Positions 14,502 to 26,500 of a DNA stretch of 64,000 bases are shown piece by piece; the stretch's first letter is position 1; every line of letters starts with the position of its first letter. Under the pieces are notes generated by a model. The model saw nothing but the letters and a program-made list of their open reading frames with translations. It made no database searches and was not told the origin of the DNA. This DNA comes from Oculina patagonica. Lineage: Eukaryota. The position numbers and the translations under genes are program-made. The stretch spans positions 7,316,001-7,380,000 of the forward strand of contig NC_135770.1 in the NCBI RefSeq assembly GCF_052425735.1. Direction: 5' to 3'.

Positions 14502-17500
14502 AAAAGAAGAAAAGAAACCTTTGTAGATACTTACCAACACATTTATCTTTTTTCTTCTTGTAACCTAGCTATTTTGGGCGGTTTTCTGACGTTTGGAAAA
14601 AATTTTGAAATCCAAGATGGCGGATCCAAGTTGTCGGCTGTTTTGACATTATTTTGTAATTGTCACATGACATGACGTCATCATCCCGCGTGACGTATAC
14701 CAAAAGATAGATTTTTGGACAGACTATATATCATCTACGTTTCATTGTGATTGCTTAAATATTCTGGAAGTTACGAATTCCCCCCCCCCCCCCACGGTCT
14801 TAAAATATCCAAAAAAGCCCGGTCTGAATAGGGTTAAAGAAACCCAAAAATCTTCCGCATAAATGAAACGGTCCGTCCTATTAGTACCAACGCCGTTCAA
14901 CAACGGCGCAGCTGATTTATACTGCGAATGGCAGCGCTGGGTAAGTTGTTTCGATATTTACTCAGTGGCTTCCGAACTAGCCGAAAGGGACGACAAGGTC
15001 CAGCGAGCGACATTCCTGCACTTCCTTGGTTCCGCTGTGCAATGAATTTTCAAAACCTTGCCTGGAGTACACAAGAAGCTCGATGACGTCAAGCGAGCAC
15101 TGGAAGATTACTTCGCGACTAAAAGAAACGTGGTTGTTGAACGATACAAGCTTCCGTTTGAGAGAACAGAATCTAGAAAAGCCAATCGATAGTTGTCTAA
15201 CTGCTCTCGGAGAATAAGCGAAGTCATGCGAGTTTGGCTCCCTAGAAGAAGAAATGATCAGAAATCAGATCGTCGGGAAATGAGCGAATTAACTCTGACG
15301 AAGACAATGAAGATGGCCAGAAGTGAAGAGTCGTCAAAAAAGAATGCCAGCTACTTGCAAAGGAACAAAGGAAGACCCCATTCCAGTCGATCAAGTCGAC
15401 GCCAAAAAAAAAAAAAAAACGGATGGAGGAAGAGACAAGAAATTCATCTGTTTAATAAAAACACCTAAATAATTGCATTCACGGCAATAATTGCATTCTC
15501 GTATCCCACTCATATACTACCGTATATGAGTGGGATACGAGCTCATATACCACGGCCTGTTAACCAATCAAAACTCAGGAATTGCAATATACCGTGGCTA
15601 GATTATAATAATAGCTAGTATATTTATAGTTCATACCTGGTGGTTGTCGAGAACTGTCATAAGCTACGAGTCCCATAACTTTATCGATATCAATGAAAAC
15701 AGCACCAGTTCCTTTGGCAATGGAAGCGTTAAGTTTGTAAATCTCACCAGTAGTCCATTCAGAATAAAATAAAGACGAAGAAAGAAAAGTTACTCCAAAA
15801 AAATGTGTGCCACTTTGTTGAAAGAGTAATTTTCTGTTGTTGCCTTGGTAATCGACAGATTCTACTCTGTCCGTTCCCGCATCCACCCAGAAGACAAGTC
15901 TGTGTCGTCTGTCAAGGTCAATCCCGTTTGGCCAAAAAAGATTGGACGTTACTATGGTAACGCGTAGCGTACCCGATAAGGTGGCTTTCTCTATCTTTGG
16001 AGTTCGTCCCCAGTCCGTCCAGAACATTGACCTGTTGAGTAAGTGACATCACACTTAATATTTATTAGCCTGCAAACTTTTCGTCCCCCTGTTCTTTCGC
16101 ACCCCCCCCCCCCCTACTTTTGTAGTGGAATTATGGGACTGATAAACATTAGTCACGTGACATAGCACATGGAGCGAGCAACAGTTGAGCGAACGCGAGT
16201 CCTCCTTCTTCTTCAGTTCTTGTCGAGTCAGCATCTCTTCGTTAACAGTTAAAGTGTATATAAAGTTGTGTTTACAGTTCATTCTCGCAGTGGTTACTCT
16301 CAATTCCCCCGCTAATCCCTTTACAAGTGGTGGAGAACCCAAATTTCGTCGAACTCATCATGCATGCCAGCTACAATTGAAGAATTGCAAGGCATCGTGG
16401 CTGGACTTGTCAGCGTTGTGAAAGACTTAACAACAAACGTAACTCAAGTAACCCAAACAGTCGGCAACATGGCCGAAGCCGTTCCAGCACCAGTTCAACA
16501 CGAACATACACAAGGTCTTCGGATGCCTTCGATGCAGCTTCCTTCGTTTCGTCGAGATAGTGTGGTACAAGACGATATCTCGGAATTTCTGGAGCGGTTC
16601 AACCAGCAAACCTCACATCTTCCCGCCGGAACACGTTTCTCCCTTCTTGAACAACAGTGTGTTGGCGACTGGCCGAGATCTGTGTTGTCAATAGCAAAAA
16701 CTACAGAGGGCTACGCAGATAAAGCGGTAGAAGACCAATTTAACATTTGCATCGAAAGATTACGTGCAGAATTCGGCGAATCAAAAGAAGACAAGTGCCG
16801 CCGATTAGCAGCCGAGTTGAGCGCCATTCAACAAGAGCGTGGCGAGTCAGTGGAACAGTTTGCGTTCAAATACAAGAAACTACTGCATCAATTGGAGAAA
16901 CTTGGCGAAAAGATTGCGAAAGATTGTCCTACCTTTGTTATTTCACAGTTTATTTCTAAAGTCAAGCCCATTATTGCTCAGCAGCTCGTTGTGAAAGCAT
17001 CAGAATTTGAAACCCTCGATAAAGCAGTCGAAGCGGCTCGTCGTGTTGAGTTGTCATTTCAAACTCCGCCCGCCGCCTCGAAACCAAATCAGTCGCTCGA
17101 TGAATGGAAAGTTACACCACCGAATGCGTTTGTTTCCTCAACCTCCATGAAATCTCAAGATCAGCACTCCCAACGACAGCAGAGGGCTTGTTACACTTGT
17201 GGAGAAACAAATCATCTGTCGAGGTACTGTCCAAAATACCGCAAAGACACGTCAAAACAACCGGAGATATGCAGAAATTACAATCGATTTTCCAAATCTA
17301 ATTGCGAGGAAGACGGCAACAAATGCTCATATGGCCGACAACACAAGTGCCAACGCTGTAACAAGTGGGGCTGTAAAGCTATCAAACACTCAGAAAATCG
17401 CCCATCAAGCACATCTCGCAGCGCTGTTCCATCTGATGAGGTAAATTCTCTTAGGCAGCAACTCGTAGTCTTGTCTACTCGTCTGGAAAAATATGAAGCT

Positions 17501-20500
17501 CAGTGTACGGAGAAATCCTCGACTTCTATTCCTGCAGGATCTGAAAACCAAACCTCAACCTCAGCTTCACGACCACCACCTCCAGCTTCATTTGATCAGC
17601 CCTCAACACCTACTCCATTATTTGGATTACCTGCCGTTACCATCCCTGCACATTCAGCAAAGCCAGAAACTCAGTTGTGTCAGCGTAATATTCTGTGGAC
17701 CTCTGTTACATCTGCAGGTGAACCACTGCCCTTGCCATTGGATAGTTGTTGTTCTGTATCTCTTGTGAGCAAAGTACATGCTGATCTTGTTGCATCCAAA
17801 CGACCTGACCTCAAGTATTGTGCCCTTGAAGAACACATTTACCTCTGCAGATTCAAAGTCTGATCTTAAAGCAGTTGCCACTATGCAAATCCCCATCACA
17901 TGGGAAAATGAAACAGAAACTGTCTTTACTATGCTCGTAGTTCCAGGTCTCGTCTGGCCAATGCTCTTTGGAGAGAACCACCTTCATGCGACTCAGGCAT
18001 TGGTTGATCATTATGCTCCGTCCATCATCTTTCGCCATCCAAGTATGCAGTTTCGAGTCCAGTGCTCGCTTGACAATCCACTTCAAGGTTTTGCAAACAT
18101 CTCTGTACCCAATAGTTCCTCATCGTGTGCAAGTGGATCAACATCGCAGAAGCCTCATGTCAGTATTACATGCCTTCTTACCGGAGCACCACCACTGGGT
18201 GTTCACAAGCATTCACAATCCCTTCACCGTGGTCTTAATTTTGTTACGGTCTGTGTCACCCTTTCTGCAGCTTTAATGGGATACCAAGTAATGCGTCAAC
18301 CGCTTTGGATTGAGGGTAAAGTGACATTCAACCAGGTGTCAAGGTTCTCAGTGGTCCCTTTGATCTCAGCCAAATCTCAAGTCATGTGAAACCTGAAACA
18401 GCACGCCCTAGCAGTGATCCGTGCTACAATGCTCAGCTCATAGACCTTGCTGAAACACCAGATTCAGTTCTAACAGAAGAAACTCCTGACATGCACATCA
18501 CATACTGCACAACACTGGCAGTGGAATCTAAGTTGAAGAAGACAAGTATCCCTGAGAATGTCATTCTAGGAGATGTTAGAGACATGACAAAGGATGATGA
18601 TGATGTTCTCGAAGAAGCAGCCGACACTACTGCAAAACAACTTGCAGATGGATGGCTTACTTGGGCAAATACTCAGCAGCCACCTGCTTCATTGCAACCT
18701 CCAAAGGAAACTGAACATAAACATTGTGACTTAGACTTTTGTGCTCCAAAGCAATGGCAACTTTCAGTCCAAGTGAAAGAAATGGAAGATTCTGGTCTCA
18801 ACTCATCCATATTGTCTCCTTTCTGTGATGCCCTACCAGAATTTGATTGTCAAGGTCCTGAGTTTCCTCCAGAAGAAGAGCTGACCTGTGACCCTTACTC
18901 ATCTGCCTACAGTGATGCTATATTTCATGCCTTGGATTTAGATGGCCCAGAGTATTCTAATGTTGATGAAGATATCATGAAGAGATTTAAGGAACTTATC
19001 AGTCAGTATTCTACTGCATTTGCCCTCCCTGGTAGTCCACTCGGAGCTGTTAAGGGGTTTGAGCATAGAATTGACACAGCTGATGCCCCTCCCATCTATC
19101 GTCACCCATACAAGAAAAGCCCAGAAGAACTCAGAGCAATCAAAACAGAAATCGAGCGAATGCTTAAGCTAAAGATAATACAACCAAGTCATTCAGAATG
19201 GGGTTCCCCATGCATCCTGGTCCGCAAACCTCCAGAAAAGGGTAAACTGCAACCTCCAAGATTTGTGGTGGACTATCGCCGCCTCAACAGTGTGACACAA
19301 GGAGATGGTTACCCTATCCCCTCTATCTCTAGCGTTCTTGATGCTGTCAGCCAAGGAAAAGTATTTGCGAAATGTGACTTGGTCAGTGGTTACTGGCAAA
19401 TTTCTATCCGGCAATCGGATCAACACAAAACTGCATTTTGTACACACCTGGGACTGTACGAGTTTCTCAGGCTTCCCTTCGGATTAAAAACAGCACCAAA
19501 CACATTTCAGCGGATTTTAAACACTGTATTTGCAGATTACTTGCACAAGTGGCTTGTTGTTTACGTGGATGACATAATTCAGTGGGCAATGACAGACGAG
19601 GAAGCCCTTGAACATTATTCATTGTTGTTTCAGAGACTGGTTAAAGTTGGTATGCAACTGAAACCTTCCAAGTGTACATTCTTCGCAAGGGAAATCGAAA
19701 TACTGGGACATCGGATCACCCAAGAAGGTCGAACACCAATAAGCAAAGGAGTAGAAGCAATCTTATCTATGCCCACACCAACTAACACTTCTGCAGTCAA
19801 GCGTTTTCTTGGACTTTGTGGATATTTTAGAGACTTTATTCCATGCATGTCTACCCGAACACAAGCCTTGCGATCTCTTCTCAAGAAGGGTGTGTCATTT
19901 CAGTGGACCGAAGAAACAGCAAGAGAGTTTAAAGACTTGAAGCAAGCAATCACTGGCCCAGATGTTATGTTGTTCCATCCTGATTGGAATGCTCAGTTTG
20001 AATTACATGTGGATGCTAGCAAGCTAGGATGCGGAGCAATGTTAGCTCAAGAGAAGCATGGCATACTTCGCCCCGTGAGATTTGCATCCCGAGCATTTAC
20101 ACCAGCTGAATCACGTTGGACAACGATGCACCAGGAACTCTTTGCTGTGAAATGGGGACTTGAACAGTTTCGCTCTTACATACTAGGCCGAAGAGTTAAA
20201 GTTGTAACCGATCATGCGAATCTTAAATGGTTGACTACCATGGCACCACAACAGGCAAAAGTTGCAAGATGGTGCATGAGCATGGCTGAGTTTGACTTTT
20301 TCATCGAACACAGAAAAGGGGAAAGAAATGTTGTTCCTGATGTTCTCAGCCGTCACCCTGTAAAAGAAAACATTCCTGAAGACAATGTTGTTATACCTCC
20401 AGAGAACAGTGTTATCGCATTTATGATTATCGCAACCTCAGTTGATGTTCCACACCACACCCCTGAACTTGTTCATGTAACATTTAACAATACTATGGCT

Positions 20501-23500
20501 TGTTTACACAATGCATGTCTTATACCTCAAGCTGATTGCCTCGACCCAATCTGCCTGGCTACTGCTCCAAAGAGAAACAAATGTACAAAGGAAACTCAAA
20601 GCAAAACTTCTGTTACAAACCAGACCAAGACTCCTCAAGTTGGTACATCTCAACAAAGTCCATCTTCAGACTGCGACTTTCAAGACTTTGAAAATTTGGA
20701 ATCTTTAAACCGGAATCGGTCAAAGTTTGCTAAGAAACAGCTACAAGATTACTGGTTAAATCTGCTAAGAAAGTTTCACAGCTCAAATCAAGATCTTTCT
20801 GCATTTAAGAACATTCCAAAGGAACACTTGCAATGGGTTAAACAAATGGCAAAGCGCTCAGCTGTTATTGACGGTTTGTTAATGTATCGAGATGAACTTA
20901 TGGAGGACCCAAATCACTATCGTATTATGGTTCCCAATGACATTCAACTTCAACGTCATCTCTTACGTGTATATCATGATTCACCTGTGGGAATGCATCG
21001 TGGACGCGAAGCTACTTATGGATCTCTTTCTTATGACTTTTATTGGCGAAATATGACTAAGCATGTGAGGAACTGGATCGGGCGTTGCCCTGCCTGTATC
21101 AAATTTAAGTCTATTGATCCCAAACATGGACCAATGCAAATTCGCATATACGACCGTCCCTTCAGCACCATTGGTATAGACTATGTTGGACAATTGCCTT
21201 CTACCCCAGCTGGTAACAAATGGATTCTGACTGCTGTTTGTCCCTACTCTAATTTCTTGCGGGCAATTCCGGTCCCAGATAAACAAGCAACTACTGCAGC
21301 ACGAGCTCTGTTTAATGATGTTTTCCTGCAATACGGATTTCCAGCAGTCTTACAAAGCGATCAAGGAGGAGAATGGCTTAATGCGGTATTACGCCAGCTA
21401 ACAAAACTTCTCTCAATTGAACACATTGTTACAACAAGTTACCGTCCACGGCTAAATGGAAGTACAGAACGTGTTCACAGATGGTTGAATGCAGCAATAG
21501 GAATTTATTGTGAGAAACACCAGGAACCCTGGGAAGAGTTTCTGCAGCCAGCTGCATATGCTCACAATGTATCTCCAATTCTCACAATGTATCTCCAATT
21601 AGTCCATTCTTCTTGGTATTTGGCCGCAACGCACCATCACCTGAAGTCATTTCTCTTGACTTACCTGAAGAAAGCCTCTCAAGAAGCACCTATGCAGAGC
21701 AGCTTGTGTCTCGTATGCGTGAAGCACAAAAACAGTTCAACAGCATCAAAGCGGATATGAAGAGAACTCAAAGAGAATATTATGATAAATCATCCAGGGG
21801 ACTTAACATTGCAGAAGGAAAGCAAGTTTATGTTAGAAGACCACCTCCGAGTTCACAACCAAAAGGATCAGCCACACGGTTCATTCGTCGATTTGATGGT
21901 CCTTACACTGTTATAGGACATGTTCATGGTCGCCAGGATCTATTGCGACTTCGACACAAATTCACTCAGGATGAGATTAAAACAGTAAACATTGAAAAGA
22001 TCATTGTTGTGCCAGATGAACTTTCAGAAGAAGTAGATTATGATCTCAGAAATAATGAAGAACCACCATCTAACACAGAGACAGTTACCCCTCCTGAATT
22101 ACCCACTCGAAAGAGTGCAGCAATTGATCCTGATTTGGCAAAGTTAGCATTTGCTTTTGGACATTATCTGAACAGTCTACCAGGTGCAAAGGCATATGCA
22201 TCAGAAGCCTGCAAAGTGGTGTACCAGCAGATTCCAGATGCACAGGAAATTTTGAAACGTTGCGGAAAACTTAAAGGACTGATTTCAAAGTGCCCTTATC
22301 TATCCATGTCTGGAGGCTCACATGGAGGATCTTACTTGTTAAAACTTGACAAAGACATGTTTGCAACTTTAGTTTCAGAAAACTAAAATCCCTTTTAAGA
22401 AGGGGTGGACTCATGAGGATTATAGACTGTTAAGATTTTCTTGTTAGCTTTGTTTCAAATTTATTCATCATGTACATTGTAATCGTTTGTCGTAAGTTAC
22501 TCCCTTAAAGAAGGGGTGGACTGTAGTGGAATTATGGGACTGATAAACATTAGTCACGTGACATAGCACATGGAGCGAGCAACAGTCGAGCGAACGCGAG
22601 TCCTCCTTCTTCTTCAGTTCTTGTCGAGTCAGCATCTCCTCGTTAACAGTTAAAGTGTATATAAAGTTGTGTTTACAGTTCATTCTCGCAGTGGTTACTC
22701 TCAATTCCCCCGCTAGTCCCTTTACACTTTTTCACCCCAAACTAAGCTATATAATTAAAAATATAACACAAACAGCGGTGATAAACATTATGAAAATAAT
22801 GTGTTATATTTTTAATCAAGTTACGATGGCCTAAAACCAAGAGTCTATAAGCTATATAATGTAAGGCAAAGTTGCACTGGATATATTTATTGGAGGCAAC
22901 ATCCATACCATTTCTGTTACAGAACGTGGTATAACCTAGAAAATCAGTTAAAATCCGCGCTCTTTAGCCATTGGCTTAACAACTAGTTCATACTCCTTTG
23001 TATAGTTTTTTTTAATCGTACTGTTTTTGACTACTCTATTATATTCCATTATATTNNNNNNNNNNNNNNNNNNNNNNNNNNNNNNNNNNNNNNNNNNNNN
23101 NNNNNNNNNNNNNNNNNNNNNNNNNNNNNNNNNNNNNNNNNNNNNNNNNNNNNNNNNNNNNNNNNNNNNNNNNNNNNNNNNNNNNNNNNNNNNNNNNNNN
23201 NNNNNNNNNNNNNNNNNNNNNNAGATTTACCCGGGTCTGTCTTTCTTAATATACATTCACCAGAAAATATAGTTTTGTTTTAGCGCTAAATCCCAGACGT
23301 TTCGGCACTGCTGTCCATTCATCAGTGGAACTAATTTGTCTAACCTTGTTGTGAATTTCCACGCTAGAACGAAACTATAATTTTCTTGTGAATGTATATG
23401 AAGGCGCTACAAAGTTTCAACCTTATTGTGGGTCTGCTTGTTAGAACCAATCACTTACGGCTGTGAACTCGGCCCAGCTTACTGCGCATATGTACATATC

Positions 23501-26500
23501 GCAAGTTTTTCGCGCTCTTTAAGTATATTTGTTTCAACGTTCCACCAGTTCAGTTCAAGTTTAAGTTCACGTTCAAGTTCACGTATCCTTATCGGATATT
23601 TATTAGCCTGCAAGCTTTTATCATATTCTGGAATAAGGAGCCTTCTCTAAACTAAGCTATAAATGGTAAGGCAATGTCGCACTGGATATATTGATAAGAG
23701 ACAACATCTATACCATCTCTGTTACAGAACGTGGTAAAACCCTGACAAATCAGTTAAAAACCGCTTCGATTCGATTCCATTCCATTCCATTCCATTCTAT
23801 TCTATTCTATTCTATTCTATTCTATTCTATTCTATTCTATTCTATTCTATCAGGGATTTGATCCTGAATAGATTCGATAAAAAAAACTCTCCTCATGCAC
23901 TAGGAAAGCAAAATCTACCCGGGTCTGTCTTTCTTAGTATGCATTTACCAGAAAATTATAGTTTTGCTTTAGCGCTAAATTCCAGACGTTTCGGCACTGC
24001 TGTCCATTCATCAGTGGAACTCATTTTCTTACCTTATTGTGAATTTCCACGCTAAAACGAAACTATAATTCTTTGTGAATGTATATGAAGGCGCTACACA
24101 GTTTCAACCTTATTGTGAGTCTACCTTTCTTAACCTCGATAAACGAACGACTGAAAGTTAAGGTAGGGAAATAAACCACATCACGTTTTAAAAACCAGAA
24201 AAACATTGAAGTCTCCTCCATTAAACTTACCCATAGCTAGGATCAAGAGCAATTCCTCTTGGCTTATCGAGACTTGAAGAAACCAGAATACGTTTGTTAT
24301 TGCCCTCTAAGTCTGATACCGATATCGTATCGTTTGTTCTATCAGTCCAGAACAATAGCGATGAGTTCCGCTCCACTGCAAGACCATCACATATTCCTGT
24401 GTTATTATGGATCACTGTAATACTTGATCCGTCGATATTAGCTCGTTTGATGTTTTTTTCTCTTACGTCACTCCAAAATATGTAACCCAGGCTGTAATGG
24501 ATGTCTAAAGCGACAGCTCTTGATAAACCCGAAATGACTGGATGGGATGTGGCATTGTTGTAATCCACAGCGATTATCTGCGTTGTGATTGATGCTAAAA
24601 TACACGGAGAGTTGCACGGGACTACCAAAGCTAAAATGATAGAGGAAAATAAAGGAGAAAAAAACCTAAATAAAGAAAAAACTGTAGTCTGGAATAAAAT
24701 CTTCAAAGAATTCTAATGACTATTCGTGAACCAAGGAACATTCCGAATGATAATGGCCACTAGTCTTCTAGGGACCGTTACATGAGTTATATTTGAATAG
24801 CTCGCTGCGAAACTATGCCAAATGACTTTTTGGATGAAAAATCGTTTTTTCCTTCAAACGTGCCTGAATTTTTGCAAGTGGTCTTCAATTTGGTGGCAAC
24901 ACATTGTCCTTTTTTCCGGTGGGGGTGGGGGAGAATTTACTCGGTCGCTCAAAGACGGGATCTGGAAATGAAAAGATATTTATTTTGCAAAAATAAATGG
25001 GTTTATGTAGCTTGTTTCGTAAGTATTTCCCAGCTTCCGGTGTAATCCCTTCCAACGAATACTTCCGGTCACATTTTACGGGCTCTTACATGTACATGTA
25101 GGTCTTGCAGGCGTGGTTACATCGCCCCTTTTCCTCATGGCCGGCTTTCAAGTAGTCAAGTTAATTTTGCTAGGTTCGAGCAATCAACTTTAATCGTTTG
25201 TATTCTTCAATCTGTGATCCATCTCTTGCAGCCTATCGAAGTAACGAGTGGCAAGGATGCTCTATTTACAAGTTAAGTATTTGATTTTTGGTTAGATTGC
25301 TAGCAATATGACATATAACTTTATAGTTTCACGGCGCCGGCTATCGAGCGACTGAGGGCCTCTCTGCCTTACTTTCTATTAGTAATTTATAGCGAACAAG
25401 CGCAATAGCTCTCTTTTATGTTTACCGTGAATTGCTGAACGTTTTTGTCGCGTAAGGCCTGTCTGTATTGCAAACGGCGTTCTTTTGGCGGTGTGTTTTT
25501 ACACCGTTGTAAGCCAGCTTGCTTGCAGCATACTATATCGACAAATCTTTGATAATTGGCCTTAGTGGCTTCGTTTGTTTGTTGTCCCGTAAAGGGCCGC
25601 GTGGGGTTGCCCTTCGAAGAAATTTATTTCAAATTCAAAGACAAAACATATATAATCATGGAGAAATGCAGAAGCAATTTCTAGATGGACTTTTTATATC
25701 AAATTGTGTTGTACTGATATCGCGGGAGTGTTAACCACATTGTACACAGTATTTTGTTACAGGTTGAGTCTACCTATATTTTACGGTCATATTGCTACTG
25801 TGCACATCCCTCCACTATTCTCCCATTATTCGCCTTCTCTCACGGTAAATATTCTTACAGGGGTTAACTTATCGAACATGCGTTGGGGACTTATGTACAT
25901 GTCTATCAAATTGTATCATACAGATATTGTGAGAGTTTAATATGTTAACCACATTGTCGGCTTGCCTATACATGTACTTTACTTGTACACTGTTCTGTGT
26001 TACATGTTGCGACTACTTATATTCTATGTTTACTACTTCTATGCTACAGACACGGTGTTGGATATTTGGGTAGAATAATTCTTAATTTTACCTAGTTTCT
26101 ACCCCTTTCAACTGGAGTGATTTATACTCCATTTTTGTCAGGTTTTCAAGTTGGGGTTTATTATATCCCACTTGTGCCTGTACAACATTCCACGGTGTAG
26201 AATTATCCTTTCGGCCAGGCATTGTGTTTGCATTGTCCTGTGCCATTCATGTGTTACGCACCGTTGTGTTGATAATTGTTATCACACACAATTGTTATAT
26301 ATCATTATTATTTTTATCATTGTGTTCCCAGGTAATGTTTGCTCAAGATCCTTAGGGCTGAGACCAACCATGGTCCAGGGGGAACTAAAGGGTAGCCAGT
26401 TTTCAGCTTAATTGCACGCTCCTCAAAATGTGTGTGTACCCAGAAGGGTTATCTTTTGTAGTGGACGAATGCTTATTTGCCCAGGAATCTATGCTGAGAA

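Larger units (their letters stand above)
8880..14570. repeat. Tandem ~700-770 bp exon+intron repeat units underlying the EGF array, each with an (ATG)n microsatellite
   Basis: Intron blocks such as acattacagacacaggctacaa and ctgaaagtgaagtcatttctgagaaa recur with each unit. Confidence 0.9.
16121..22726 (+). mobile_element. Ty3/Gypsy LTR retrotransposon, near full length, frameshifted
   Basis: 205-bp TG..CA LTRs with 3 mismatches, 4-bp TSD CTTT (16117-16120 and 22727-22730), PBS, PPT, and gag-PR-RT-RH-IN domain order. Confidence 0.97.

Noticed and set aside
8880-14570. Regular repeat array considered as CRISPR-like
   Set aside because: Units are ~740-bp exon/intron duplications with no unique spacers and no cas genes, in a eukaryotic context.
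17830-17865. Programmed gag-pol frameshift
   Set aside because: The break falls inside the protease, there is no clear slippery heptamer, and a second break returns to the gag frame, which fits mutation or assembly error better.
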